From a virus (Duplodnaviria > Caudoviricetes), in the IMG/VR virus record IMGVR_UViG_3300044858_003222, positions 1-36,147 of that record: a DNA stretch of 36,147 bases. One strand, written 5' to 3'. Within the stretch, counting starts at the first letter, position 1. Each line of letters opens with the position of its first letter. The translations under genes were made by a program, and so were the position numbers. Below are positions 1 to 7,162 of the stretch, in pieces. The notes beneath the pieces are model-generated. The model was given only the letters and a program-made list of their open reading frames with translations. It did no database searches and was not told the origin of the DNA.

Positions 1-371
1 AGCTCCCCATAATGTGCGATGTACTTATCTTCGGAAATAAGGGAATCCCCAAAAGCTTTAAGTAAATTGTCTAGGTCTGGTTTTGATTGGTGTAGCATCC
101 CGTGGTGTTGTTTCTTCTTTTTCTTAGACCAAGATGCCGGTACTGGTATGAAGAATGTAATTGATGCTCCTTGAGGTGGCATGACAAAGGATTTTGTTTT
201 TGCTTCTGCTAGTAAATCTACTTTGTATTGATTGTACTTTTCTAATCTCAAAAGTCTGCTTAATCCAGATGGCCTTAGTTTCTCTCTTGGTATCCTGAAA
301 AATATTGAATCTCCTTGTGTTGCTCTAACGTGTGTCTGTGGTGTGATGTTTAGTATTACTTTCTGTTTCAT
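1..371 (-). CDS. rusA: RusA-family Holliday junction resolvase (3' end runs off the window)
   Basis: Own translation from ATG at 371: MKQKVILNITPQTHVRATQG...FFIPVPASWSKKKKK...HQSKPDLDNLLKAFGDSLISEDKYI. KPDxDNxxKxxxD and the following ED match the RusA catalytic motifs. Not in the ORF track. Confidence 0.85.
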   Translation of the reverse strand, partial: MKQKVILNITPQTHVRATQGDSIFFRIPREKLRPSGLSRLLRLEKYNQYKVDLLAEAKTKSFVMPPQGASITFFIPVPASWSKKKKKQHHGMLHQSKPDLDNLLKAFGDSLISEDKYIAHYGE

Positions 372-378
372 AGAAATA

Positions 379-416
379 AAAAATGCTACTTTCGGTTAAG
401 ATTGTAGCATATTTTT
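379..416 (-). terminator. Probable intrinsic terminator after the 437..730 gene
   Basis: Inverted repeat ATGCTAC...GTAGCAT flanked by A and T runs. Confidence 0.55.
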
Positions 417-436
417 AATTAATTTAATTATATGTA

Positions 437-730
437 TTATGACTTCTTATGTCTGTTTGCAAAATTTCTAGCAGACTCTACACTCCTGAATCCCCAAGCT
501 CTCAATGCCAAAGCTTTCCTAGTTGGCTCTCCATTGGGTTTTTTCATTGGTCCTTTCATGCCTGCAAATCTTGCTGCAAAAGATACACGCCTTGGATTAG
601 TTCCTGATTTTACAGGAGCTTTTAGATTACCGCCGGTTTCTCTGTTGTAAGAATCTCTACCTTTTTGATTAAGGCCTCCTTTCTCATTTTTCCCTTCACT
701 TCTTGTCCAAGCTGGCGTTCTGTGTATCAT
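437..730 (-). CDS. Small basic conserved phage protein (DUF6321-like)
   Basis: GGLNQKGRDSYNRETGGNLKAP...RRVSFAARFAGMKGPMK...PTRKALALRAW resembles a family I recall from environmental phages; function unknown. Confidence 0.7.
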   Translation of the reverse strand: MIHRTPAWTRSEGKNEKGGLNQKGRDSYNRETGGNLKAPVKSGTNPRRVSFAARFAGMKGPMKKPNGEPTRKALALRAWGFRSVESARNFANRHKKS

Positions 731-864
731 TTCTTCTCCTCTTTTTTTATTTTCTTTTCCTGCTCTAACATTTCCTTAGTTGGCTTCTTTCCACTACCTG
801 ATTTGGCGCGGATATTATTCCATAGGCTATTTACAACTCCGAGTTTATTTAATTTTCCTTTCAT
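727..864 (-). CDS. Small basic protein, 45 aa
   Basis: Own translation MKGKLNKLGVVNSLWNNIRAKSGSGKKPTKEMLEQEKKIKKEEKK; its stop overlaps the next start (ATGA). Below the ORF-track cutoff. Confidence 0.7.
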   Translation of the reverse strand: MKGKLNKLGVVNSLWNNIRAKSGSGKKPTKEMLEQEKKIKKEEKK

Positions 865-934
865 GTTACTAAGTTAATCAATTATTCAATACCAATTATC
901 AACAATTTATAAACATTTATTGTTAGTAAATTTA

Positions 935-1687
935 TTATATCTTGCCGATATTGAAGTTTTTGTGTGTATCTTCTAGCTCAACTAGGTATTCTCTTGCTTT
1001 TTCTACCTTGTTTTGTATCTTCATTATCTCATGCTCATCTCTTTCTACCTTAAATAGAAGAACTCTCTCCGGAATATCAATGTCATCAAAGGTCATGTTG
1101 AATGTAATCTTAGCTGATTCTTTGATAAATTCAGGACTTTCTTCTGATATTACATCCATTTTCTTCAATAGGTAGTATTTTTCCTGCTCAATTATGCTAT
1201 CTGGTGTGTTTACTAAGCAATATGCGATATATGCCTGTTCTGCATTTGTAAGCCACATATAGGACATTAGCTGCCAATAGTATACATTATCCAATTTATC
1301 AGGAATGTTGCCTAAAAACGTCCATAAATCGTAACTAGACTTAATGTCTGTGATTACATCTGCGTTGGTTATACTTTCTCCTTCAAAAATATCCGGCAAT
1401 CCTGTAATAAAATCGTTTTTAATTCGTTCTTCATTCTTTTGCAGGTGCTTTTTAAGGTATCTTGATAGCAAATCAATTGAGCTTTCTTCTACTTCTACTC
1501 CTTTTCTCATTTGTTTTGTCTGAATATCTCTTTTTCTACCGTATTTTTCTGCAATATATACGTCTAATAGGTGCGATTTTGCAGTTTTTGATAATTCTCC
1601 GGCATCTTTTGCTGCTTTTGATTGTGGTTCTGTCATTAAATATCCAACAGAACTAGAGCGAATAAGTGTTTTAGTAAAGTCTATCAT
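935..1687 (-). CDS. YqaJ/lambda-exonuclease-like recombination nuclease
   Basis: R-SS at the N-terminus, MRKGVEVE, GLPD...DIKSS (PD-(D/E)XK core), YYWQLMSYMWL. Confidence 0.8.
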   Translation of the reverse strand: MIDFTKTLIRSSSVGYLMTEPQSKAAKDAGELSKTAKSHLLDVYIAEKYGRKRDIQTKQMRKGVEVEESSIDLLSRYLKKHLQKNEERIKNDFITGLPDIFEGESITNADVITDIKSSYDLWTFLGNIPDKLDNVYYWQLMSYMWLTNAEQAYIAYCLVNTPDSIIEQEKYYLLKKMDVISEESPEFIKESAKITFNMTFDDIDIPERVLLFKVERDEHEIMKIQNKVEKAREYLVELEDTHKNFNIGKI

Positions 1688-1688
1688 G

Positions 1689-2306
1689 TTATTTAGCGTT
1701 TAAGGTTTTAAGTTTTTGGTCGTAATGTTCTTTTAGCGATTTGGGAATCACAAATTGGTATGTTCTTAACTCATCTACACTGTTGCAGTCATCTATTAGT
1801 AGCTTATATCTTTGTTCTGCACGGTCAGGAGCTTCTTTTTCTATTACAATTGTAGGCAAATCGGCTTCTTCTGTTCCTCTGTTTAATCCTCCACCAAATA
1901 GCTTACCAATTTTCCTGCAAGCATTTTTAAATGCCATTGTAGAACACTTTGGTGTAGCTAATGATAAAAGTTTCATTGAGTTTACATACTCAGTTGCTGT
2001 CCCTGTTTGCGTGTATTGTTTGTTACCGCTACTATAAAAAAGCTTTACAGTTTGTGTTACTGATACTCCGTTTTTATCTTGACAAATAACTGGAGAAAAA
2101 ATTATTTCATAGTGCCAGTCGTCAAACACTTTGCTACAAAGGTTTTCAAGCAACTCTACTTCATTAAATTCATACTCAGTTTCGTTTGAAATAGATTTTT
2201 TTGTTTTAATCCATTCCTTTGGTTGTTCTATGTTGCACAGTTCTCTAAATGTGGATGCGTTTGCAATGGAAGGTTCTACCAATTGCAGTAGTTCTTTGGT
2301 TGTCAT
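1689..2306 (-). CDS. Rad52/Sak-like single-strand annealing protein
   Basis: VFDDWHYEI, TMAFKNACRKIGKLFGGGLNR pattern; directly upstream of the exonuclease, as in phage two-gene recombination modules. Confidence 0.6.
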   Translation of the reverse strand: MTTKELLQLVEPSIANASTFRELCNIEQPKEWIKTKKSISNETEYEFNEVELLENLCSKVFDDWHYEIIFSPVICQDKNGVSVTQTVKLFYSSGNKQYTQTGTATEYVNSMKLLSLATPKCSTMAFKNACRKIGKLFGGGLNRGTEEADLPTIVIEKEAPDRAEQRYKLLIDDCNSVDELRTYQFVIPKSLKEHYDQKLKTLNAK

Positions 2307-2323
2307 TAGTTAAGGCCTTTTAG

Positions 2324-2521
2324 TTATTTTACTCTTGATACGTGGGTCGTTGCATCAACAGACTTAATTTTAAAAATCTTGTCTTTGTGTTCTTCTTTTC
2401 TTTTAAGATTAGACACCATAACCATTACAGATGTGTATGGGTTTTCTAATAGTAAACTTTCTCCTACTTGCAGTTCTGATACCTTGCTTGATACCGAATC
2501 TGGACTAATGTTTCTTGCCAT
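2324..2521 (-). CDS. Hypothetical protein, possibly DNA-binding
   Basis: 65-aa ORF with an A-rich leader and a TACCTTTG promoter box upstream. Confidence 0.65.
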   Translation of the reverse strand: MARNISPDSVSSKVSELQVGESLLLENPYTSVMVMVSNLKRKEEHKDKIFKIKSVDATTHVSRVK

Positions 2522-2543
2522 TGTGTTTTGTTTTAATTTAGAA

Positions 2544-2551
2544 CAAAGGTA
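2544..2551 (-). promoter_or_regulatory. Bacteroidota-type -7 promoter box for the recombination operon
   Basis: TACCTTTG matches TAnnTTTG, 22 nt upstream of the ATG at 2521. Confidence 0.6.
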
Positions 2552-2585
2552 TATTAATTAATTTAATTAAAAAAATAAATTTAAT

Positions 2586-2649
2586 AAAAAGCCCCCATAT
2601 AAAATATATACAGGGGCATAATGACCATAACTAAACCTTATTGCTAAGG
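2586..2649 (-). ncRNA. Candidate small RNA cassette 1
   Basis: TATATTTG box at 2650..2657 (minus), then hairpin CCTTA-GCAA-TAAGG, then TTTAGTTATGGTCATTAT, then terminator GCCCC...GGGGCTTTTT; no plausible ORF. Confidence 0.55.
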
Positions 2650-2697
2650 CAAATATAATGAAAATACCTTTTAACTTTTGATTAACAAACGAGATAT

Positions 2698-2705
2698 TAC
2701 TTTTG
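2698..2705 (+). promoter_or_regulatory. Bacteroidota-type -7 promoter box
   Basis: TACTTTTG with TTTG at 2677..2680; ATG at 2725. Confidence 0.6.
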
Positions 2706-2724
2706 CACTATAAAATTTAAAACA

Positions 2725-2898
2725 ATGAATGAAACTTTTGACACTTGCGTTTACATTTTGAAAAATATTGCTTATATACTCGGTGTTACTTACGAGGAAA
2801 TAAATGTATGGATATTCTGTATTATTTGGCCAATTTTAACTATTTGGCTAGCTTATATGGCTTTTGGGAAAAAAATAAAAAGAAAAATTATTTCTTAG
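2725..2898 (+). CDS. Small membrane protein, 57 aa
   Basis: Own translation MNETFDTCVYILKNIAYILGVTYEEINVWIFCIIWPILTIWLAYMAFGKKIKRKIIS; transmembrane segment plus basic tail; own promoter and A-rich leader. Not in the ORF track. Confidence 0.75.
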   Translation: MNETFDTCVYILKNIAYILGVTYEEINVWIFCIIWPILTIWLAYMAFGKKIKRKIIS

Positions 2899-3901
2899 GT
2901 TTTCCTGTTTTTTCATCAAAGTATATTCTTCCGTAAATTTTTTGAGGAGAAACAAATCCTGCTTTTGCAAATTTACCAAGAGCGGTAGATAATAGGTTTG
3001 TATTTTCTCCGGAAGTTCCACTTGTTGGGTCTACATCCCAAACGTCTGAATAGCTAAGATATGTGCCATCTTTATCTTTTTTAACACCAAGAGTTCCTTG
3101 TCCAAGACCGGGAACTTTCATCACATAACCCCCCTTTCCTTTTTCATAAGGAAGGCCTGATTCTGTTAATAATTTTTCCAAATCGGCTTCTGAACGTATT
3201 CCGGATTCTAGAATTTTTCTACCCTGTTCTGTTTGGGTAAACATGTTATTTAAGATGTCACTTTCAATGGCTTTTGACTTCATGTATTTTGAGCCCTTCT
3301 GCGCACCGATTGATGGCTTATATTCCGATGGTTCAAGAGTGTTATATTGCTGTGGTTTATTAGCAAACATATTTAACAAATCTATCCTTGTTCTTGCTTC
3401 ATTAGAAGGCTGTCCGGTGTATGGGTCAACTCCTTCTTTTGCGGCCATTTCAGTCAAAAGTCTATTCGGTTCTTTCTTACCAAGAGCAGTATTTACTGCA
3501 CGACCATACCAAGGCATTTCTTCTCCTGTTTGCACATCAACATCATCATAACTATATGGATTTATGTTTTCGGAAAGATTACTTAAAGCCTTTCTAGTTA
3601 ATAAAGATTCTTGATAAAATGGACCGCTGATAGGGTTCGTAAGAGCCTCATTTGTCATTATATCAGCAAAAATATTTGCCGCTTTACCAAGCATTTTTTT
3701 GCCAAACGCTGGTTCTTCTTTTTGTTTTTTCTTTGGCTTTTGAGCCTCTTGCTGAGATACTTGCTGAGATATTTTTGATAACAATGCATTGCTAGCCGCA
3801 TCTTCCCCTTCTTGCAAAAACGGCAATCTACTAGCCGGCGAATTTAAATTTCTAAATCCACCATAAGATTTAAAAGGAGGCTGTGTTATACCAAGCAGCA
3901 T
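2888..3901 (-). CDS. Hypothetical protein, 337 aa
   Basis: Long ORF with a consensus promoter; low-complexity N-terminus, globular-looking C-terminus (LSYSDVWDVDP...KIYGRIYFD). Confidence 0.8.
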   Translation of the reverse strand: MLLGITQPPFKSYGGFRNLNSPASRLPFLQEGEDAASNALLSKISQQVSQQEAQKPKKKQKEEPAFGKKMLGKAANIFADIMTNEALTNPISGPFYQESLLTRKALSNLSENINPYSYDDVDVQTGEEMPWYGRAVNTALGKKEPNRLLTEMAAKEGVDPYTGQPSNEARTRIDLLNMFANKPQQYNTLEPSEYKPSIGAQKGSKYMKSKAIESDILNNMFTQTEQGRKILESGIRSEADLEKLLTESGLPYEKGKGGYVMKVPGLGQGTLGVKKDKDGTYLSYSDVWDVDPTSGTSGENTNLLSTALGKFAKAGFVSPQKIYGRIYFDEKTGKPKK

Positions 3902-3915
3902 TGTTTCAGTTTTTA

Positions 3916-3945
3916 CAAATATACCACAAAATCACAGATTCACAA
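3916..3945 (-). promoter_or_regulatory. Consensus Bacteroidota promoter TTG-N19-TATATTTG
   Basis: Minus strand: TTG at 3943..3945, 19-nt spacer, TATATTTG at 3916..3923; ATG at 3901. Confidence 0.7.
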
Positions 3946-4340
3946 CCGCCCCAAACGAAAAAAAACACCAAAAACCCAAAAAAAAATTTTGAAAATCTGA
4001 CAATTAATTTAATTAATGAACACGAAGCGAAACGCGCTTGGACACGGAGGGGGTGACGTTTTAAAACGGGGGGTGTCGTTTCCTTCGGGCAAATGGCAAA
4101 GCCAGAGCCAGAGGGGTAGGGGTTTCCGTTTTCAGTTTCATTTCGGGCATGTGTTGGGCTTAGTAGCTTAACGGGTTGGGGGGTCTGGCAATACATTGGC
4201 GGTGGTTGGCTGTTTTAGGTATGTTTTAGGGTGGTTGGTAGTGTGTGTAGGGGGGTAATATCATTTTGAAAAAATAGGGGCCTTAATGGGCTTTATTTTG
4301 AATATTTTGATTTTAGGTTTAAATATGGGCTATTTTTAAG
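3946..4340. other. Non-coding, G-rich, strand-asymmetric region (possible packaging/terminus or origin region)
   Basis: C/A-rich up to ~3985, G/T-rich with many G-runs over 4040..4285; perfect palindrome CGTTTTAAAACG at 4057..4068. Confidence 0.5.
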
Positions 4341-4400
4341 CTAATTAAGTTAATTTTATAGACATAATTAACTTAATTTTATTAAAATATTTTTCAGAAT

Positions 4401-4478
4401 CGTAACATTTTTTTGTTTTTATCGTAACAAATCGTAACTTAGCGTAACAAAACGTAACAAATCGTAACAAATCGTAAC
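4401..4478 (+). repeat. CGTAAC repeat array with exact 10-bp phasing
   Basis: CGTAAC starts at 4401, 4423, 4433, 4443, 4453, 4463 and 4473. Confidence 0.95.
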
Positions 4479-4480
4479 AC

Positions 4481-4750
4481 ATGATAAAGAAGAAAGAAAA
4501 CTGCAAATATTGCGGTGAAAAAATGGAAAGCAGAACTGCTAAAAAAAGTTTTTGTTCTGAAAAATGTAGAGTGTATTTTAACAGGGAGTCTAAGTGCTCA
4601 AAAACCCTACTTGAAATTATAGATACCACTGGAGAACCTAATATCTTAGCTAATTTACCCATCAAAGAAGTGGGTAATAAAAAACAAATGCCTAAAGGAC
4701 TCAGTATTCAAGAACGTATAGAATGGTTAGAAGAAAATGAGAAACTATAA
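4481..4750 (+). CDS. Zinc-finger protein (CxxC...FCSxxC)
   Basis: CKYCGE...KKSFCSEKCR; ATG lies 2 nt after the repeat array. Confidence 0.7.
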   Translation: MIKKKENCKYCGEKMESRTAKKSFCSEKCRVYFNRESKCSKTLLEIIDTTGEPNILANLPIKEVGNKKQMPKGLSIQERIEWLEENEKL

Positions 4751-4925
4751 TTTAAGATGCAATTACGAACAATTAGTGGTTAAGCTATCGCTAATTGCAA
4801 ACGAAAAGGTCAAAAACCTAAAATACTTATCAGACTACCAGCTTCTTTGCAGGCTTAATGAGCTTTTGGTAGGTTTAAATCTAATACCGTTTACGGAAGA
4901 AGAATTAGAAATGGACCTTGTATAA
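4737..4925 (+). CDS. Hypothetical protein
   Basis: Overlaps the previous gene and ends at a bidirectional-looking hairpin. Confidence 0.55.
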   Translation: MRNYNLRCNYEQLVVKLSLIANEKVKNLKYLSDYQLLCRLNELLVGLNLIPFTEEELEMDLV

Positions 4926-4993
4926 AAAAGCCCCCATTAAGAATAATAGGGGCCCTAACTAAATCAAACCAAAAAACACACATGAGAACTGTG
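4924..4993 (-). ncRNA. Candidate small RNA cassette 2, antisense to the start region of gene 10412..10693
   Basis: Promoter-like TAATTTTA at 4994..5001 (minus); terminator GCCCCTATTA-TTCT-TAATGGGGGC-TTTTTT at 4924..4953; 4956..4973 is identical to 10389..10406 and 4978..4985 to 10408..10415. Confidence 0.6.
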
Positions 4994-5029
4994 TAAAATT
5001 ATATTATTTTTTTGGTTTTTGATATATTT

Positions 5030-5560
5030 TTAGTTTAATACTAAATCTTTTCTGGTAAAATTTTCTTTTAATTTAATTACTAAGTCTAAATATATATCCC
5101 TAAACTGTTCGTTTGTATTAATTAAATCGTCAAATGACTTACATCCATACATCACAGTAGTGTGGTCGTACTTCCTTGTTTTACTTGTGGCTATTGTTTG
5201 ACCTATGGCTGCAAACCCATTACCCATTATTCTAGCTAACTTAAAGTATATAAATCTATAATTAACAATTTCACGATTACGGCTCCCATTTGCAAGTCTA
5301 GCAATATCATTACCAAATTTTTCATTACCAAATTTTTCTTTCATTACACTATCTATAAACTCTCTTAACATTAAAATTGGAATCTTTGGTATATCAGAAC
5401 TCTCATCTATCATTGTTAATACCTGTGGCTCATAACCAATCTTTTCCTTAAATTCTTTTTTAAACTTCTCAATAATCTTTGCCTCCAATCTTCTTTTGTA
5501 AAGCAATGTTTCTGTTTCAACTTCTGGTCTTTCTAAATACTCGTTTAACTCTAAGCTCAT
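5030..5560 (-). CDS. Protein with a DnaA C-terminal (domain IV)-like HTH
   Basis: RNREIVNYRFIYFKLAR...IGQTI...DHTTVMYGCK resembles DnaA R.R.I...R.IAMYL.R...IG..F..RDHTTV.HA; no AAA+ domain. Confidence 0.7.
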   Translation of the reverse strand: MSLELNEYLERPEVETETLLYKRRLEAKIIEKFKKEFKEKIGYEPQVLTMIDESSDIPKIPILMLREFIDSVMKEKFGNEKFGNDIARLANGSRNREIVNYRFIYFKLARIMGNGFAAIGQTIATSKTRKYDHTTVMYGCKSFDDLINTNEQFRDIYLDLVIKLKENFTRKDLVLN

Positions 5561-6099
5561 TTTTCAAATTTTTTCTTTACTAAATTTAATTTATGCCTGT
5601 ATTCTATTATTAAAGATTTTAATTCATCTCTTGTTGGTTTTGAAACTTGCCTAGCTTCTTCTTGTAAATACTCTACAATACCCGGTTCTTCTTCTTCTAA
5701 CTTACTCCTATACACATCAATGTTTCCTGATAGAAAACAATTATCATATTCTGATTGTGGCCGGCAATTTTGAGGAAGCCATCTTGTTGCGTAATTTTTC
5801 CTGCTTATAAAATGTCCACATTGAGCATCTTGCCATCTCATTAACTTTCCAGATGTATAACAAGCGACTATCCCCTCTTTGTTTGCGTATTTACATCTTA
5901 TATACTGGCTAAATACTGCATCTAAATCTTCAACTAAATGTGAAACACTTTCATCGTGCTGCTGTTCTTCATATTTCTCAACTCTTTTAGATGTGCTTTT
6001 TACTGTTGCGCATTGCTTGCACATTTTTTTAGAAAAATGATAATCTAAAACACCACAGGATATACAAATCTTTTTTTTATTAATTATTGTACTTCTCAT
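5557..6099 (-). CDS. NinG/Rap-like nuclease
   Basis: LDAVFSQYIR, CYTSG, QCGHFISR...TRW...NCRPQ...N; additional N-terminal CxxC pairs. Confidence 0.75.
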   Translation of the reverse strand: MRSTIINKKKICISCGVLDYHFSKKMCKQCATVKSTSKRVEKYEEQQHDESVSHLVEDLDAVFSQYIRCKYANKEGIVACYTSGKLMRWQDAQCGHFISRKNYATRWLPQNCRPQSEYDNCFLSGNIDVYRSKLEEEEPGIVEYLQEEARQVSKPTRDELKSLIIEYRHKLNLVKKKFEK

Positions 6100-6458
6100 T
6101 TTTTAAATAATTGTATAATTGGTACTAAAAATCCTTTTGACGTATCATTATCTCCACCTTTTTTTAAATACATTCCATCTGCGTAATATTTTCTAAGTTT
6201 TGCTTTTAATATTTCAACTTCAAATATGATAGCAAACCCAACCTCGTCTATTTTATATACCCAATAATCAGCATCAGTAGTTGCTATACCTGATGGCTTA
6301 CCTCTTGATTCATACTCTATAAAAACATTACCAGTTTTATGTGTCATTCGGTCTGTTTTTACTTCAACTTTTTTACCCTTTGCAAATATTTCATTTACCC
6401 AATCCTCGCCTGATTCACCAAAGTTTAAATCATGAGTAAAACTTGAAGAATACTTCAT
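6096..6458 (-). CDS. Conserved phage protein, putative PD-(D/E)XK nuclease fold
   Basis: DLNFGESGE...VEVKTD...TGNVFIEYESRGKPSGIATTDADYW. Confidence 0.6.
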   Translation of the reverse strand: MKYSSSFTHDLNFGESGEDWVNEIFAKGKKVEVKTDRMTHKTGNVFIEYESRGKPSGIATTDADYWVYKIDEVGFAIIFEVEILKAKLRKYYADGMYLKKGGDNDTSKGFLVPIIQLFKK

Positions 6459-6695
6459 CTAATAAATACTTAAATTATTAATAATTTCTTCTTTTTGCTT
6501 ATCAGATAATTTTGGTAAAATATCTATTCCTCTGCCACAAATAACTATTTCTACTGAGTTTAATTCAACTTTAACATCATCTTCATTTTCATCATTAATC
6601 TCTTTTGCAGACCTTTTAATAATCTCAGTAAAATCAACAATCATTTCCATTTTTCCTGCGATTTCAAATAATTCATTTTTGTAATTAATTTCCAT
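6459..6695 (-). CDS. Hypothetical protein (start moved to ATG 6695)
   Basis: MEINYKNELF... preceded by an A-rich leader; the ORF track extends it to a TTG at 6716. Confidence 0.6.
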   Translation of the reverse strand: MEINYKNELFEIAGKMEMIVDFTEIIKRSAKEINDENEDDVKVELNSVEIVICGRGIDILPKLSDKQKEEIINNLSIY

Positions 6696-6708
6696 TTTAT
6701 TTTTTTTA

Positions 6709-6837
6709 TTAATCAATTTTTGTTACTTTACCATCTATATATCTATATTTACCGACAAATACTCCATCCCTATAAACTTCTATTATAAAGTCAAGAAGCT
6801 CTGCTAATTTGTAAATATTATCCCTATTTTCAATCAT
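6709..6837 (-). CDS. Small protein, 42 aa, probably on a leaderless mRNA
   Basis: Own translation MIENRDNIYKLAELLDFIIEVYRDGVFVGKYRYIDGKVTKID; ATG is 4 nt from the -7 box. Confidence 0.65.
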   Translation of the reverse strand: MIENRDNIYKLAELLDFIIEVYRDGVFVGKYRYIDGKVTKID

Positions 6838-6841
6838 AAAG

Positions 6842-6937
6842 CAAAAATAGTATAATTAAATTAATAAACAAATATTTTTTCATAAAAAATTTATTTATCT
6901 ACATTTTTGTAATTATGAAAAATTATTACTTACTTTG
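6842..6937. promoter_or_regulatory. Divergent promoter pair
   Basis: Minus: TTTG (6869..6872)-N19-TATTTTTG (6842..6849), a perfect consensus. Plus: TTTG (6906..6909)-N20-TTACTTTG (6930..6937), one mismatch. Confidence 0.65.
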
Positions 6938-6954
6938 CATAAATAACTATAAAC

Positions 6955-7143
6955 ATGGAACCAAGAAAAAACCTTACAGAGCTATTAAAAATAGCCTTAG
7001 ATGGCAGGACTAATAGGTGGCTTGCAAATAAAACGGGTATTCAGGAATCTGAAATATCAAGGATTGTGTCTGGTAGACTAATCCCAACAGAGAAGCAGCT
7101 AGAGAAGATAAGAGCTGCGTTTCCGTACCAAGTTAATTTCTAA
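6955..7143 (+). CDS. Cro/CI-type (XRE) HTH regulator
   Basis: TNRWLANKTGIQESEISRIVSGRLIPT. Confidence 0.85.
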   Translation: MEPRKNLTELLKIALDGRTNRWLANKTGIQESEISRIVSGRLIPTEKQLEKIRAAFPYQVNF

Positions 7144-7162
7144 ATACCTATAAAATATTGCA

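Noticed and set aside
2745-2936. ORF-track plus-strand ORF
   Set aside because: The frame 2725..2898 has the promoter, leader, ATG and a coherent membrane-protein sequence
4401-4478. CRISPR array
   Set aside because: The unit is 10 bp with no unique spacers, and there are no cas genes
3906-4665. ORF-track minus-strand ORFs 3906..4196 and 4345..4665
   Set aside because: They arise from biased composition, repeats and antisense to a real gene; no protein-like motifs
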